Shown piece by piece: positions 28,217 through 38,857 of a DNA stretch of 64,000 bases. The stretch is taken from the NCBI GenBank assembly GCA_048885925.1, contig JBHLLG010000009.1, forward strand, positions 16,051 to 80,050, in the 5' to 3' direction. Source of the stretch: Candidatus Hermodarchaeota archaeon. Its GTDB lineage: Archaea; Asgardarchaeota; Lokiarchaeia; Sigyniarchaeales; SOKP01. The first letter of the stretch is position 1, and each line of letters opens with the position of its first letter. A program made the position numbers and the translations under genes. Below the pieces are notes generated by a model that saw only the letters and a list, made by a program, of their open reading frames with translations, was not told the DNA's origin and ran no database searches.

Positions 28217-29953
28217 TTATTTACTAAATAAACCTTTATTTTTCTTATAGAGACCAAGTAATTTCATTGCAGGAGGGGTTTCGAATTCGATATCTACATC
28301 AAGAACTGCTGTTTTTTTAGAGTCGATGGCTCGCTGTAAGGCAGGTTTAATATTTTCTGGTTTTTTTATTTTTTCAGTATAGCATCCAAACCCTTTTGCA
28401 ATTTCAGCATAATTGATCGGTGGAAAGTCAACATCACAATATCTTCCTTCGACATTATTTTTTTGAAAACTTTTAATCATACCCCAAGCACAATTATTCG
28501 CAATAACAATAATTATTGGAAGATTTAATCTTACAGCAGTTTCTAGTTCTTGTATAGAAAACATAAAACTACCATCTCCTGTAATACATAGTACAAGTTT
28601 ATCTGGTTTCGCCATTTTAGCTCCAATTGAATAAGGAATTCCCGTCCCTAAATGTGACATTGACACAGAACGAAAGAAACTTCTCGGAGGTCGATTTTTA
28701 TAATTTATTAGATCCATCGTAAAGATAAATATATCTCCCCCATCAATCACTAATAGAGTATCAGATGGAATAAAATCTAACACTTCAAATACCAATCTAT
28801 GAGGCTTCATAGGTAATTTATTGTATTTTAATATTTTCTGAATTGCTAGTTCATCGTTTTTTCTAATTTCTTGTAAATAATCATTCCACTCAGACCATTC
28901 TGAAACTTTTTCTTTAGGGAGGGTTTCCTCCATATCTTTCAATAATTGTTGGATAACTGCTTTCACATCTCCAATAATACCAACATCAATAGATCTGTTT
29001 TTACCTATTTCTTTTGGATCGATATCTACTTGTATTACTTTTTGATTTTGATTCCAAATTGGTGGTCCCCCATAAAGTAATGTGTAATTCCATGTACAAC
29101 CAAGCGATAAAACTACATCTGCCCTAGATGCAGCAACTCTATAGACATTTGCAGTTAATTTAGAACCAATAAAGGTTTTATTATCTCTTCCAATTGTACC
29201 TATTCCGTTAAATGATGTTCCTGTGGGGATTAAATACGTTTCAGATAATTTTATTAGATCTTCATGCGCATCTGAAGCATTTACACCACCCCCAGCTATG
29301 ATTATAGGTTTTTTTGCAGTTTTTAATATACTAATTGTCTTTTTTATTAACTCTGGATTACCAGCAGGACGAAAAATAGGGCGATACTTTTCAGGACTTA
29401 TAATTTTTTTTAAATCATCTTCACTCGCATCCCTCACTAATGCAGTTTCTCTTAATTCAAGGAAAACTGGACCTCTTCTTCCAGACATAGCAATTTTAAT
29501 ACACTTTTGTACAGCATGAGGTATTTCATATGGTTCTTCAACAGAAATCTGTAGTTTTGTTATAGGTTTCATTAAAGCCATTTGGTCAACGCCCCCTTGT
29601 AGGATTCCAGTATCTTCAAACATACGACCTATTTGTGCCCCAATTACTAGTATTGGAATTGAATCAGCATTTGCCGCGGCAATAGCGGGCACTAAATTAG
29701 TTACTCCAGGTCCCACAGTACCCATGCAAACTCCAATCTCCCCAGTTGCCCTTGCCCATGCATCTGCCATATGTCCTGCTGCCTGTTCATGTCGAACCAT
29801 TACTGTATCTATACCTTCCTCACGACCCCATCTTTCTATAGCATCATATATTCTCGATAATTCTCCTCCTATAACTCCAAAAATTTTGCTAACACCTTCT
29901 TTCAAAAGGCATTTAACGACTAAATCCCCACCATTTAATGTTTGAAAACTCAT
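28217..29953 (-). CDS. ThDP-dependent enzyme, acetolactate synthase/2-hydroxyacyl-CoA lyase family
   Basis: RHEQAAGHMADAWAR, GPGVTN, GDGSF..NN ThDP motif. Confidence 0.9.
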   Translation of the reverse strand: MSFQTLNGGDLVVKCLLKEGVSKIFGVIGGELSRIYDAIERWGREEGIDTVMVRHEQAAGHMADAWARATGEIGVCMGTVGPGVTNLVPAIAAANADSIPILVIGAQIGRMFEDTGILQGGVDQMALMKPITKLQISVEEPYEIPHAVQKCIKIAMSGRRGPVFLELRETALVRDASEDDLKKIISPEKYRPIFRPAGNPELIKKTISILKTAKKPIIIAGGGVNASDAHEDLIKLSETYLIPTGTSFNGIGTIGRDNKTFIGSKLTANVYRVAASRADVVLSLGCTWNYTLLYGGPPIWNQNQKVIQVDIDPKEIGKNRSIDVGIIGDVKAVIQQLLKDMEETLPKEKVSEWSEWNDYLQEIRKNDELAIQKILKYNKLPMKPHRLVFEVLDFIPSDTLLVIDGGDIFIFTMDLINYKNRPPRSFFRSVSMSHLGTGIPYSIGAKMAKPDKLVLCITGDGSFMFSIQELETAVRLNLPIIIVIANNCAWGMIKSFQKNNVEGRYCDVDFPPINYAEIAKGFGCYTEKIKKPENIKPALQRAIDSKKTAVLDVDIEFETPPAMKLLGLYKKNKGLFSK

Positions 29954-30107
29954 ATTAAAAAATTATTAAAAATGAAAAATAAACCTTGTTAAAACGTCAA
30001 ATTCGTAAAAAAAAGAGTAATATTTAAAAAATAATAATTCTAAATAAAAAAATGAATAGCCTCTTATTATTTAAATAGAGAAAGCTTAGATTAATATAAA
30101 ATTATCT

Positions 30108-31397
30108 TCATTTAATACTTTCTGCAAAATCTAATTCCCCTGTTGGTTCGTTCAAGAGGAATTTACCCTTTAAAATCATGGATTTTAATTGCTCAGCTAA
30201 TTTTATTGCACCATATCTATCAGATTGTCTCAAAACTATTGGTATATCACTATCTTCAAACTTAATTGATTTCAGATCTAGATTAAATGCTTCTGGGCAT
30301 AAATGTGTACAATTCCCACAATTAAAGCAACGAGAACGATCTATAGCCGAAATCATACCTTTATTTATTATAAAAGCATTAGTAGGACATTTATCAATAG
30401 CCTTACAATTTTCACAATCTTTACATGCATCTGGATTGAACTTCATAAAAAAATTATTATCCCAAACATCACCATAAGTAATTTCACCAACTTTTTCTCT
30501 TCCTACAAGACTTAATATTGTTAGAGGAACATCTTTGTCAGATTTAATTATATTATTAAAGATTTTTTCATTAAGAATTGGAATTGGGACTGCAATACTA
30601 CAAATTGGCTCTAATCCATATGATGTTTTAAAAGCTCCCATATATTCCGGTTTCATACCATTCATTGTAGCTATTGTCATCATATTAGGTTTAGCTATAT
30701 AATTTCGAGTACCAGGTCCTATAAGATAACCAATATTACCATTAACCAATATAGGGAGTCCAACACCAAGAGTCTCAAAATCTGGATCGTTTTGGAAAGG
30801 ATTTAATGCACCACACCCAGAAAAGGTGATTTCAGCTTTATTAGGTTCAAAAGGTAAACAAGAAAATATAGTATCAACTTTATATGATTCACAATTAATC
30901 ATTGCATTATAATTTTTAATAGCTTGTCTTGTACCCATTAACTTAGCAAATTGCATATCTTCAAGCTTCATTTTTTTTTCAACTATTTCCCCTTCAGCAC
31001 TTTTAGCCACAATTTTTATTAGTTTTCCCTCAACCATTTCTCTGAAAAGAGAACCTCCACAATAATTATTCATAGTTTTACTTTGAGTAGTTCCATAAAT
31101 TATTAAATCTGCTATACCTAAATATTCATTTGGGCATGGACCAGGAAATGCAGGTATTCCATTAATACTAATTTCAGTAAACTTTCTTAATGTTTTAGGT
31201 GGTGAGAGTCGAAATGAGAATATTCCCATAATTCCACTCATAAGTCCTTTAGTTGCTGTTGTAATGACATCTACATCTTCAAATTTAACCTTCTTACCTT
31301 CACTAATAGAATCTAATAATTCTTGAACAGTTAATATAACGGCAGAACCGTTTTCGATCTTTTTTCTTATTTCTGGAAGCTTTCTTTCCTTAATCAC
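30108..31397 (-). CDS. DUF39/COG1900 protein with C-terminal 4Fe-4S dicluster (methanogenesis marker 16-like)
   Basis: VDVITTAT.GLMSG, GPCPNE.LG, FSGCG.LNP.QNDP, CxxCxxCxxxxxCP and CxxCxxCxxxCP. Confidence 0.82.
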   Translation of the reverse strand: MIKERKLPEIRKKIENGSAVILTVQELLDSISEGKKVKFEDVDVITTATKGLMSGIMGIFSFRLSPPKTLRKFTEISINGIPAFPGPCPNEYLGIADLIIYGTTQSKTMNNYCGGSLFREMVEGKLIKIVAKSAEGEIVEKKMKLEDMQFAKLMGTRQAIKNYNAMINCESYKVDTIFSCLPFEPNKAEITFSGCGALNPFQNDPDFETLGVGLPILVNGNIGYLIGPGTRNYIAKPNMMTIATMNGMKPEYMGAFKTSYGLEPICSIAVPIPILNEKIFNNIIKSDKDVPLTILSLVGREKVGEITYGDVWDNNFFMKFNPDACKDCENCKAIDKCPTNAFIINKGMISAIDRSRCFNCGNCTHLCPEAFNLDLKSIKFEDSDIPIVLRQSDRYGAIKLAEQLKSMILKGKFLLNEPTGELDFAESIK

Positions 31398-31517
31398 TAG
31401 AGATAATCACTTAATTTCAAAAATTAACATTTTAAATATTTATTGATAATAAAATTTATTTATTTTTCCAATTCTTAAGATAATTATAAAGAGTCAAGAA
31501 GTTCTTTCGAGGTTATA

Positions 31518-32252
31518 TTGTTTTTGCCATATTTTGAGTCAAGATTACCCGTAGATTTCGATGATTTAAATGATATTCAGAAGAAATTAAAATTTTGTGA
31601 AAAATTGGGGATAAAAAATGTAATTTTGGAACCTAAAAACAACCTGGTTATTATACCAAATCATATGAAAAAATTATTAAAAGAAGAACTCAAAATAAAT
31701 ATTTTTTATCGTGTAAATTTAAAAGTAGATCAACCTGAGGATTTTAAAAAAAGAATTAAAAATTTTAATAATTTTTCCGATATTCTTTCAATTGAATCTT
31801 TAAATAAAGAAGTTCAATTGATTTCTGCTAAAGACTCAAGAGTAGATATCGTTTCTTTTTCTAACCTTGAAATGATAAAAACACTAACTCCTGGAGTAAT
31901 TTCACTTACTATACAAAATAATTCATTCATAGAGTTTTCACTTGCCCCCGTTATGGTGAGAAATAAAGCAATTCAATCAAAAAATTTTAGAGTTTTATAT
32001 AGATCCATACAATTAGCCCTAAAGCTCAAAGCAAATTTAATTATAAGTGGAAATTTTGATGATTTATATGACCTTAGGAATCCAAGAGCTTTGATAAGTA
32101 TATGTAATTCTCTTTTAGGAATTCCTTTAGATGTAGCCAAAAGGATATTCTCTACAAATCCTAAACTTTTATTAGAAAGAAGTAATAGAAAAAGAAATAT
32201 TAATTTTGAATCAGAAGTTAAATTAATTAAAGGAAAAGATGATAATGGTTAG
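31518..32252 (+). CDS. rnp3: ribonuclease P protein Rpp30
   Basis: AKDSRVDI, IEFSL, IISG....YDLRNPR; adjacent to Pop5. Confidence 0.85.
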   Translation: MFLPYFESRLPVDFDDLNDIQKKLKFCEKLGIKNVILEPKNNLVIIPNHMKKLLKEELKINIFYRVNLKVDQPEDFKKRIKNFNNFSDILSIESLNKEVQLISAKDSRVDIVSFSNLEMIKTLTPGVISLTIQNNSFIEFSLAPVMVRNKAIQSKNFRVLYRSIQLALKLKANLIISGNFDDLYDLRNPRALISICNSLLGIPLDVAKRIFSTNPKLLLERSNRKRNINFESEVKLIKGKDDNG

Positions 32253-32571
32253 AAAAGAAAGACAAAGATATATCTTTTTTAAAATAATAAAAGATAATAA
32301 AATAACACTTGCTCAAAATTCTATCCTAAAATCAATTTGGAAATCTATTTGGCGATATTTTGGAATGAAGGAAGCGAATAAAATTGGATTATGGCTAATC
32401 GAGCTAGATTTAGATGAAAATTATGGAATTATAAGATGCACTCATAAAACTAAAGAAATAATTATTTCTGCATTAACCTTAGTAAAAGAAATTGATGGAA
32501 TTAAGATTATAATTTCGCCTACAAAAACTTCTGGAACAATAAAATCATTAAAAAATAAAGCGTTAAAGTAA
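32245..32571 (+). CDS. rnp2: ribonuclease P protein Pop5/Rpp14
   Basis: RQRYIFF, YFG, GIIRC.H, TSGTIK. Confidence 0.88.
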   Translation: MVRKERQRYIFFKIIKDNKITLAQNSILKSIWKSIWRYFGMKEANKIGLWLIELDLDENYGIIRCTHKTKEIIISALTLVKEIDGIKIIISPTKTSGTIKSLKNKALK

Positions 32572-32618
32572 ATAAACAAAACTAAAAAATTAAGAGAAAT
32601 TGTATTTTAAGATTTAAA

Positions 32619-33059
32619 ATGAGTAAATCTAACTTCACAAGGGCATATATTCAGCGTATTGATGATATACAACAAACTACAGTGAATATTTCACTATTAA
32701 AAATTAAAGATTTGGAAAATTATCCGTATCTTTTAATAATACAATCAAATATTGAAAATGCCTTAAAGATTTCAATCTATCCAATAAAAAAAGAGAAAAT
32801 AATAAAGGTTACATTTTTTGGTTTCAATGTTTCTACCCAATTTTTTGATGAAATTTCCAGATTCCTCCAAAATTTTCAAGTTATTCACACCTCTGGAGTT
32901 CTATTAATTCAAGAACAATTACTCTATGAATGTTATTTAAACTTAAACCTAAAAGATATTAAAGCAAATGATCTAAAAAAATCACTAGATAAAATTAAAA
33001 ACATATTTAAAGATATAAAAATAGAAGAAATTGGTATTAAAAAAAGCATAAACAATTAA
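32619..33059 (+). CDS. hypothetical protein, possible C-terminal ACT-like domain
   Basis: VIHTSG...YECY beta-alpha-beta-beta-alpha-beta pattern. Confidence 0.55.
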   Translation: MSKSNFTRAYIQRIDDIQQTTVNISLLKIKDLENYPYLLIIQSNIENALKISIYPIKKEKIIKVTFFGFNVSTQFFDEISRFLQNFQVIHTSGVLLIQEQLLYECYLNLNLKDIKANDLKKSLDKIKNIFKDIKIEEIGIKKSINN

Positions 33060-33061
33060 TT

Positions 33062-33511
33062 ATGAATAGTTGGAGAGTCTTTTTAAAATCAACAGATTCT
33101 ATCGAAAATAAGATCGAATTATTTGATGCAAAAACGTATTTTGGAGGATACCTTAAGATAAAAAGGAGTTATTTTAATTCGCTTGTTAAAACAGTTAATA
33201 TTACAAAACGATATATTATAAAAAAAGTAATAGAAAAGGTTATAGGCCCCGATAATGAGGATTGGACACTTAATCCTTGGATGCTTATTGTTGCTAAAGA
33301 TGATGAAAAAAGAAATCCATTCTGGTTTTTTATTAAAAGAGAAAAAGATTTATCAGGAATACTTGTTGCTATCGGTCCAAAACCTTTTGTTGAGTATAAC
33401 AATAAGAATCAGTCAGAAGCTAGACGTGAAATTAAACGCTTGATAAATTATATTATTTCCTATTTAAATAAATTTAGTTGTATCATTATGCTTCCGAATT
33501 ATCTCCAATAA
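33062..33511 (+). CDS. hypothetical protein
   Basis: 149-aa ORF starting 2 nt after the previous stop. Confidence 0.6.
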   Translation: MNSWRVFLKSTDSIENKIELFDAKTYFGGYLKIKRSYFNSLVKTVNITKRYIIKKVIEKVIGPDNEDWTLNPWMLIVAKDDEKRNPFWFFIKREKDLSGILVAIGPKPFVEYNNKNQSEARREIKRLINYIISYLNKFSCIIMLPNYLQ

Positions 33512-33708
33512 AATTAGATTAATTTAAATTAATTGAATGGTTACATCTTTATATTCAATTTTTAATAACAATCTTTTATGTTCAAATTCTTTCTTTTTAG
33601 AAAAAAGCAATGAATATGCGAAAAATATTAAATTAAATTTTAATTATCAATTTTAATATTGAGAAATACGGATAATAGAGATAATTAAAAATACATGGCT
33701 TTTTAATC

Positions 33709-34509
33709 TTGAAGAAATTAATCTTTAAAGTATTAACCTATATTATTATATTAAATATTATTACTAATTCATGCTTTTTTATATCTAATGGTTATGGAAT
33801 ACTTAATGAAATCGATTCTGAGTTTGGAGAATCTCCGGTAATCGATGGATTCATTGATTATACAAAAAACGAATGGAATAAAGCAACAAAAGTTCCGATG
33901 TTATTAGAAGGACTACCAATCACTCTATGGGTTATGCAAGATGATAAAAACCTTTTCATTCTAGTAAAATTTGATTTAGAAAGTTATGAAAGTGAAGACA
34001 CGGAATTTATAGGAATAATAATTTCAAATAGCTCATCTATTTTACCAGAAGAGTTCATAGATGCAAAAATAATTCAATTTTATAATAAAACCTCTAATGA
34101 TTTTGATTACCTTGATTATCATATTAATAATAGTGTATTTTTAAATGACACTTACTATGATGGATTAGGTGCTGCCAAAAAAGAAGGTAAATATTCAACT
34201 TATGAATTTAGTATTCCACTTAAAAATGCTGATAGAGAGAATATTGATGAAGATGTTTTTTTAGATTATGGAAATCAGCATGCATTTAATCTTACTTATG
34301 GTAACGCTCCAATTTATCCTGAGGGTATTAGAAAAAGAAATACAATTATAATTAATATTAAATCCCCATCCACATCAAAGCCTCTAATTACTAATTTGGC
34401 TATGTTCATTCTTGCAATAGTAATTTTTAGTATTATTGCAATTATTTATGGATTTTATATTTATAAAATTTTTAAATTAAAAGAAAAAATTGAAAGAATT
34501 AAACGATAA
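33709..34509 (+). CDS. membrane-anchored extracellular protein, CBM9/DOMON-like
   Basis: Signal peptide, PVIDG...EW..A, QDDKNLFI, YEFSIPL, C-terminal TM; several NxS/T sites. Confidence 0.65.
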   Translation: MKKLIFKVLTYIIILNIITNSCFFISNGYGILNEIDSEFGESPVIDGFIDYTKNEWNKATKVPMLLEGLPITLWVMQDDKNLFILVKFDLESYESEDTEFIGIIISNSSSILPEEFIDAKIIQFYNKTSNDFDYLDYHINNSVFLNDTYYDGLGAAKKEGKYSTYEFSIPLKNADRENIDEDVFLDYGNQHAFNLTYGNAPIYPEGIRKRNTIIINIKSPSTSKPLITNLAMFILAIVIFSIIAIIYGFYIYKIFKLKEKIERIKR

Positions 34510-34927
34510 AATGTCAAAAATTCCTAAAAAATCAGGAAAAGAAGTAAAAACAAGCAAGCAATATTACACAGATGAAAATTTCGCCTATAGAAGCGTGATC
34601 ATATCAACAATTTTCGGTGGTATCTTTTATTTAATTTCTTTATTGTTTAATCTTGGAATAGTATCAATCCTTCCTAATCAAAATATACTTTGGAATATTA
34701 TTGATATATTCATTAAAGTATTAGTAATACTTCTATTTTTTATGTTTATGATTACTAGTATCGGTAATTATAAAGAATTAACAGGCAAACCATTAAATTG
34801 GAAAGAATTAATTCTTCTTATTTCCCTTTCTATTGGGCAAACTATTCTTAACCTATGGATTTTTATTTTTACTTTATTCGGTTTACTAATAGTTTTAATA
34901 TATTTATATCTGGTACAAGAGTTATAA
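34490..34927 (+). CDS. hypothetical membrane protein
   Basis: 3-4 hydrophobic segments; true start may be slightly downstream. Confidence 0.6.
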   Translation: MKELNDKMSKIPKKSGKEVKTSKQYYTDENFAYRSVIISTIFGGIFYLISLLFNLGIVSILPNQNILWNIIDIFIKVLVILLFFMFMITSIGNYKELTGKPLNWKELILLISLSIGQTILNLWIFIFTLFGLLIVLIYLYLVQEL

Positions 34928-34954
34928 AAATTAGAATGCAGATCTAAATTAACA

Positions 34955-35698
34955 ATGTGCTCAAAATTCTTATATATTGGACATCGAGGTACTAGAACTG
35001 ATTTTGACGAAAATACCATTCAAGCGTTCAAAAAAGCTATTGAATTTGGAGCAAATTATATTGAATTAGATGTAAGAAAGACTAAAGATAATAAATTGAT
35101 TGTTTTACATGATCCAACTTTAGATAGAACTACAAATGGGTCTGGTGATCTCCATAATTTTTCTTTATCAGAACTTAGATTACTTAAAACAAAATTAAGA
35201 AAAAAAAAAATACCACTTTTATCAGAAGTCTTAGAAATTTTTCGATCAAAAGTAGGATTTATGATTGACTTAAAACAGAGAGATATAGAAGATGAAACTT
35301 TCAATTTTATTAATAGTATTGGATTATTGAACGAATGTATTTTTAGTGGGAGGAGTTTAGAAGAATTACAAAAACTAAAGTCAAACGATCCACAACTGAA
35401 AGTATGTTATAATATCACAAAAGGAGATCCATTGAGTAAAGATGATTTTTTAGAGTTAGGTAGGCAAAAAAAACTTTCTCTTGATATAGATCTGATATCT
35501 TTAAGATCAGATTTAATTACTTCTGAATTTATTAATATTTGCCATTTTAATAATATATTAGTGTTATCTTGGGATTTTTTATCTTACAAAAATCCTTTGG
35601 AAAAAATTAAAAACCTAATAAATTGTCAAATTAATGGTATTCTTTTTGATAATTATAAGAATATCCAATTAATTAAAAAACAGTATAAAAAGGCTTAA
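34955..35698 (+). CDS. glycerophosphodiester phosphodiesterase
   Basis: GHRG...ENT..AF..A...GA.YIELDV..TKD..LIVLHD.TL.RTT. Confidence 0.93.
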   Translation: MCSKFLYIGHRGTRTDFDENTIQAFKKAIEFGANYIELDVRKTKDNKLIVLHDPTLDRTTNGSGDLHNFSLSELRLLKTKLRKKKIPLLSEVLEIFRSKVGFMIDLKQRDIEDETFNFINSIGLLNECIFSGRSLEELQKLKSNDPQLKVCYNITKGDPLSKDDFLELGRQKKLSLDIDLISLRSDLITSEFINICHFNNILVLSWDFLSYKNPLEKIKNLINCQINGILFDNYKNIQLIKKQYKKA

Positions 35699-37764
35699 AA
35701 TGAACTTTTTATTTTAGAATTACCCGTTGGGAGACATAATATAACATCATCAAGAGATATTAAATTCACCCATTTCTTTAATTCCTTTTCTGAATTATTA
35801 ATAAAAAAAGATTTTATTTCTTTTGCTAATTTTCCCTTACTCATTCCTGTTTTTGAGGGAATTATAACAATATAATGATTAAATTTCCTATTAATTACAT
35901 CTGTAGGACCATAGATTAACATTGGATACATTGATTCAATCATATTAGTTTGATTATCTTTTATCTCAACTAAATCCAATCCAACTGCAAGTTCTGTTTT
36001 TGCATTTTTAATAAAATTCTTTTTTCCAGAGATCATAAATGACCCTTTCGGAAGAAATTCACCTGGAGGTGGGCTTTTAGAAATTTGTCCGGGGTTTATA
36101 TAATATACGTCTACATAACCCCAGTTCTCTTTCCAGGCTCTCGAAAAGCTTGCAACGAAATCAGCAGCCTCTTTTATAGTAGAATATGGAATTCTTTTAT
36201 TCTCTGGATTTTTTATTATAGTCAAAGGTGATCCAGCGAATTCTGTATGAAGAACTAAATCATTAGATTCTAAGTATTTTTTAAAAAGATTTTCATTAGA
36301 ACTAGCATCTCTTCCTCCGATCACTAAAAATCCTTCAGAAGAATGAAACCATCTGAATTTTCCATACCATTTCTTTTTTGGTTTTTTAATTAGGATATCA
36401 ACTTTTGTTGCTATTGTCTCCTTTTCAAGCTTCAATTTATCAATTTTTTCTTCAGTTTTGTTAATTGCGTTAATTGTTCCTTTTATTTTCTTTTCAGCTT
36501 TTTTTCCCTTTAAATATATGTAATTAGCATTTTCTCCAATACTTTTCCTTAAATCGATATAGACATCATCGTTGTCGATTTTTATTAAGAGTTGACTAGT
36601 TGAAGGAATAATTCTCTCGAAAAATTCAGTTCCATTCACATTTTCTACTTTTGCTAATTCTAATTTAGTGTTGATTTCTCCCCATTCATAACCTTTGTGT
36701 TTTGCTTCCAATATCACGGATTTTAGTTTTTCTAATGAATCTAATTTAGTAAATAATAAATCTCCAATTTTATAATATTTTTCTTTTTTACTCTTCAGCT
36801 CTTTAAGATATTCTTGCTGACTTTTTAATATTTTTTGAAGAGATTTTATTTGATTCTCAACTTTTTGATCTTTTGGATCCATTATAGCATCAGAATCAAT
36901 TTTTGAGAAATATTCATCAACCGCGTTGTTAAAGGTACTAAACTTTTTTCTTTCATATCCTTTGAGAATTTCTAATTCAAAAGGAAGTACATAAATTGGA
37001 TCTCCATATTGATTAAAAACGATATGTGCATTTATATCCCCAAATAGTAATTTATTTCTTACCTTTTTGAATGATTCGTATAATTGTTCGTATTCTTTAA
37101 TATTAAGCTCTTTTCCATGAAAATTTTTGTCAATTTTAGCTCTATAACATACCTCCTCACTGTATAAACCTGAAATGTGGACATTTCTTGATATATCCCT
37201 TACGATCTCAACATCAGAATCTTTAAATAAATCTATAAAATCCTCTTTCTTTATTGTTAAGAAATCTATTTTCTGGGATTTTGGAAAATGATATTCTTTT
37301 TTAGGAAGAATATCTCTATCTCTAAATTTTTTATATTTTTTAGCAAGAAGTATAAAGTTATTATCATCAAGAATTAAATAATTTCCTTTATTAAATAATT
37401 CAATTACAAATTTCCATGGCTTATTATCTATATTACTTAATTCAATTATAATAATTCTATCAAAATTGTGCTGGGAAATTTTTAATATTCTTCGATTTTT
37501 TAGAAATTTTCTTAGAGAAATAATGTATTGGCTAGGATATTTTGGAATTGGATACTCATATTCCGTTAAATTGATCCGAGAATCTTTTTGAATAATTAAT
37601 TTTTTCTTACCAAAATCGGTATGTATTTTTAAAATGAGCAAACTTCCCACTTTGTAAACATTTAAAATTGAACCATCTCGCAAGATTGAATCTAATTCTT
37701 TAACAATTACGAAAACATCAAAATTCGAGAATTCACTTGCTGCTTTTATCATCTTAACATCCAA
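35695..37764 (-). CDS. rqcH: ribosome quality-control protein RqcH/NEMF
   Basis: FDRII, IELF.KGN..L, ENA..Y...KK, WY.KFRWF.SS.G.LVIGGRDA..NE, LPKGSFMI.G. Confidence 0.93.
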   Translation of the reverse strand: MDVKMIKAASEFSNFDVFVIVKELDSILRDGSILNVYKVGSLLILKIHTDFGKKKLIIQKDSRINLTEYEYPIPKYPSQYIISLRKFLKNRRILKISQHNFDRIIIIELSNIDNKPWKFVIELFNKGNYLILDDNNFILLAKKYKKFRDRDILPKKEYHFPKSQKIDFLTIKKEDFIDLFKDSDVEIVRDISRNVHISGLYSEEVCYRAKIDKNFHGKELNIKEYEQLYESFKKVRNKLLFGDINAHIVFNQYGDPIYVLPFELEILKGYERKKFSTFNNAVDEYFSKIDSDAIMDPKDQKVENQIKSLQKILKSQQEYLKELKSKKEKYYKIGDLLFTKLDSLEKLKSVILEAKHKGYEWGEINTKLELAKVENVNGTEFFERIIPSTSQLLIKIDNDDVYIDLRKSIGENANYIYLKGKKAEKKIKGTINAINKTEEKIDKLKLEKETIATKVDILIKKPKKKWYGKFRWFHSSEGFLVIGGRDASSNENLFKKYLESNDLVLHTEFAGSPLTIIKNPENKRIPYSTIKEAADFVASFSRAWKENWGYVDVYYINPGQISKSPPPGEFLPKGSFMISGKKNFIKNAKTELAVGLDLVEIKDNQTNMIESMYPMLIYGPTDVINRKFNHYIVIIPSKTGMSKGKLAKEIKSFFINNSEKELKKWVNLISLDDVILCLPTGNSKIKSSF

Positions 37765-37823
37765 AATTAATGGTTTAATATATATAATGGTTTTTATAAT
37801 AATTAATATTTATAATAATAATT

Positions 37824-38264
37824 ATGGGAAAACGCAAGAAAATAGATATTAGAAAAAGGAGACAAAAATTATTAAAAGAAAAAAAGAAAGAATTAAAACA
37901 AAAATCAATTCAAATTGAAAAGAAACCGACTAAAGCAATAGATATTCGCTTAGAGAAGGAGACAAAATTATATTGGATTCGCGCTCTTACTGGAATTTTG
38001 AGTGCGATTATCGGAAGACTTTTGTTTGGATTTATAGGGTGGTTTTTATTTCCATGGATGCTAGGATGGTGGTTTTTATTTCCTTTTTTTGTGAGTTTTA
38101 TTATATTAAAGTATGAGTATGATAAAGAAGAGTGGACCTGGAAAAATATTATTTTACCGGGAATAGGTATTTTTTTCTTTTTATTTATGATTTCTGGAAT
38201 TTTAATTCATACTTTTCTATATTTTCTTCCCAATTTTTCGTCAGTTTTAGAACTCTTCTTATAA
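37824..38264 (+). CDS. EMC6-like membrane protein
   Basis: Basic N-terminus, YWIR...GI...IIG, three TMs, G.G.FF....S.IL.HT. Confidence 0.55.
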   Translation: MGKRKKIDIRKRRQKLLKEKKKELKQKSIQIEKKPTKAIDIRLEKETKLYWIRALTGILSAIIGRLLFGFIGWFLFPWMLGWWFLFPFFVSFIILKYEYDKEEWTWKNIILPGIGIFFFLFMISGILIHTFLYFLPNFSSVLELFL

Positions 38265-38283
38265 ATTTAAATTATTTTATGAT

Positions 38284-38796
38284 TTATAATTTAATTCGCT
38301 GTTTTACTTTTTTTTCTTTTTTTTCTTTAGAAGTAAACACTATTTCTTCTAATTTATATATACGTTCACAATAAACACATTGTATCTTTAGAGGTTTTTC
38401 TTCTAAAACTAAAAATTCCGTGTCAATAGGTTCTTTTTCTGAATTTGTAATACAAGTTTGATTAACACATAAAATTAATTTTTTAATTATTTTTGGAATT
38501 TTTACCTTTTTTTTCTCTATAACTTTAAAATTTTCAATTAAAGAAATTGTAGCATTGGGAGAAAGAATAGATATCTGTTGCATTTGAGTCTTATTTAAAA
38601 AAACATTCTCAATTTTAATTATATCTTTTGTTTGATATTTTTTTGATGAAACATTAACACCTATAGTCATCAGGTTTTTAGATTCATCAAGACCAGTGAG
38701 ATTTAATATTGTTAAAGCATATCCTGCATCAATGTGATCGATTACTGTTCCTTTAGAAATTTTATCAATTTTTAATTTTTCTTCTGACATTTTCAT
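38284..38796 (-). CDS. pyrI: aspartate carbamoyltransferase regulatory subunit
   Basis: I..GTVIDHI, KDIIKIE, P.AT...I, C.N..CITN, C.YC. Confidence 0.95.
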   Translation of the reverse strand: MKMSEEKLKIDKISKGTVIDHIDAGYALTILNLTGLDESKNLMTIGVNVSSKKYQTKDIIKIENVFLNKTQMQQISILSPNATISLIENFKVIEKKKVKIPKIIKKLILCVNQTCITNSEKEPIDTEFLVLEEKPLKIQCVYCERIYKLEEIVFTSKEKKEKKVKQRIKL

Positions 38797-38857
38797 AAAA
38801 AAAATTACCTTAATTGAAAAAATTTATGCTAGTGACAAAATAATAAAAAGGATTTAT

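Noticed and set aside
38284-38796. pyrI without an adjacent pyrB
   Set aside because: Unlinked pyrB and pyrI occur in other archaea, and absence cannot be judged from one window.
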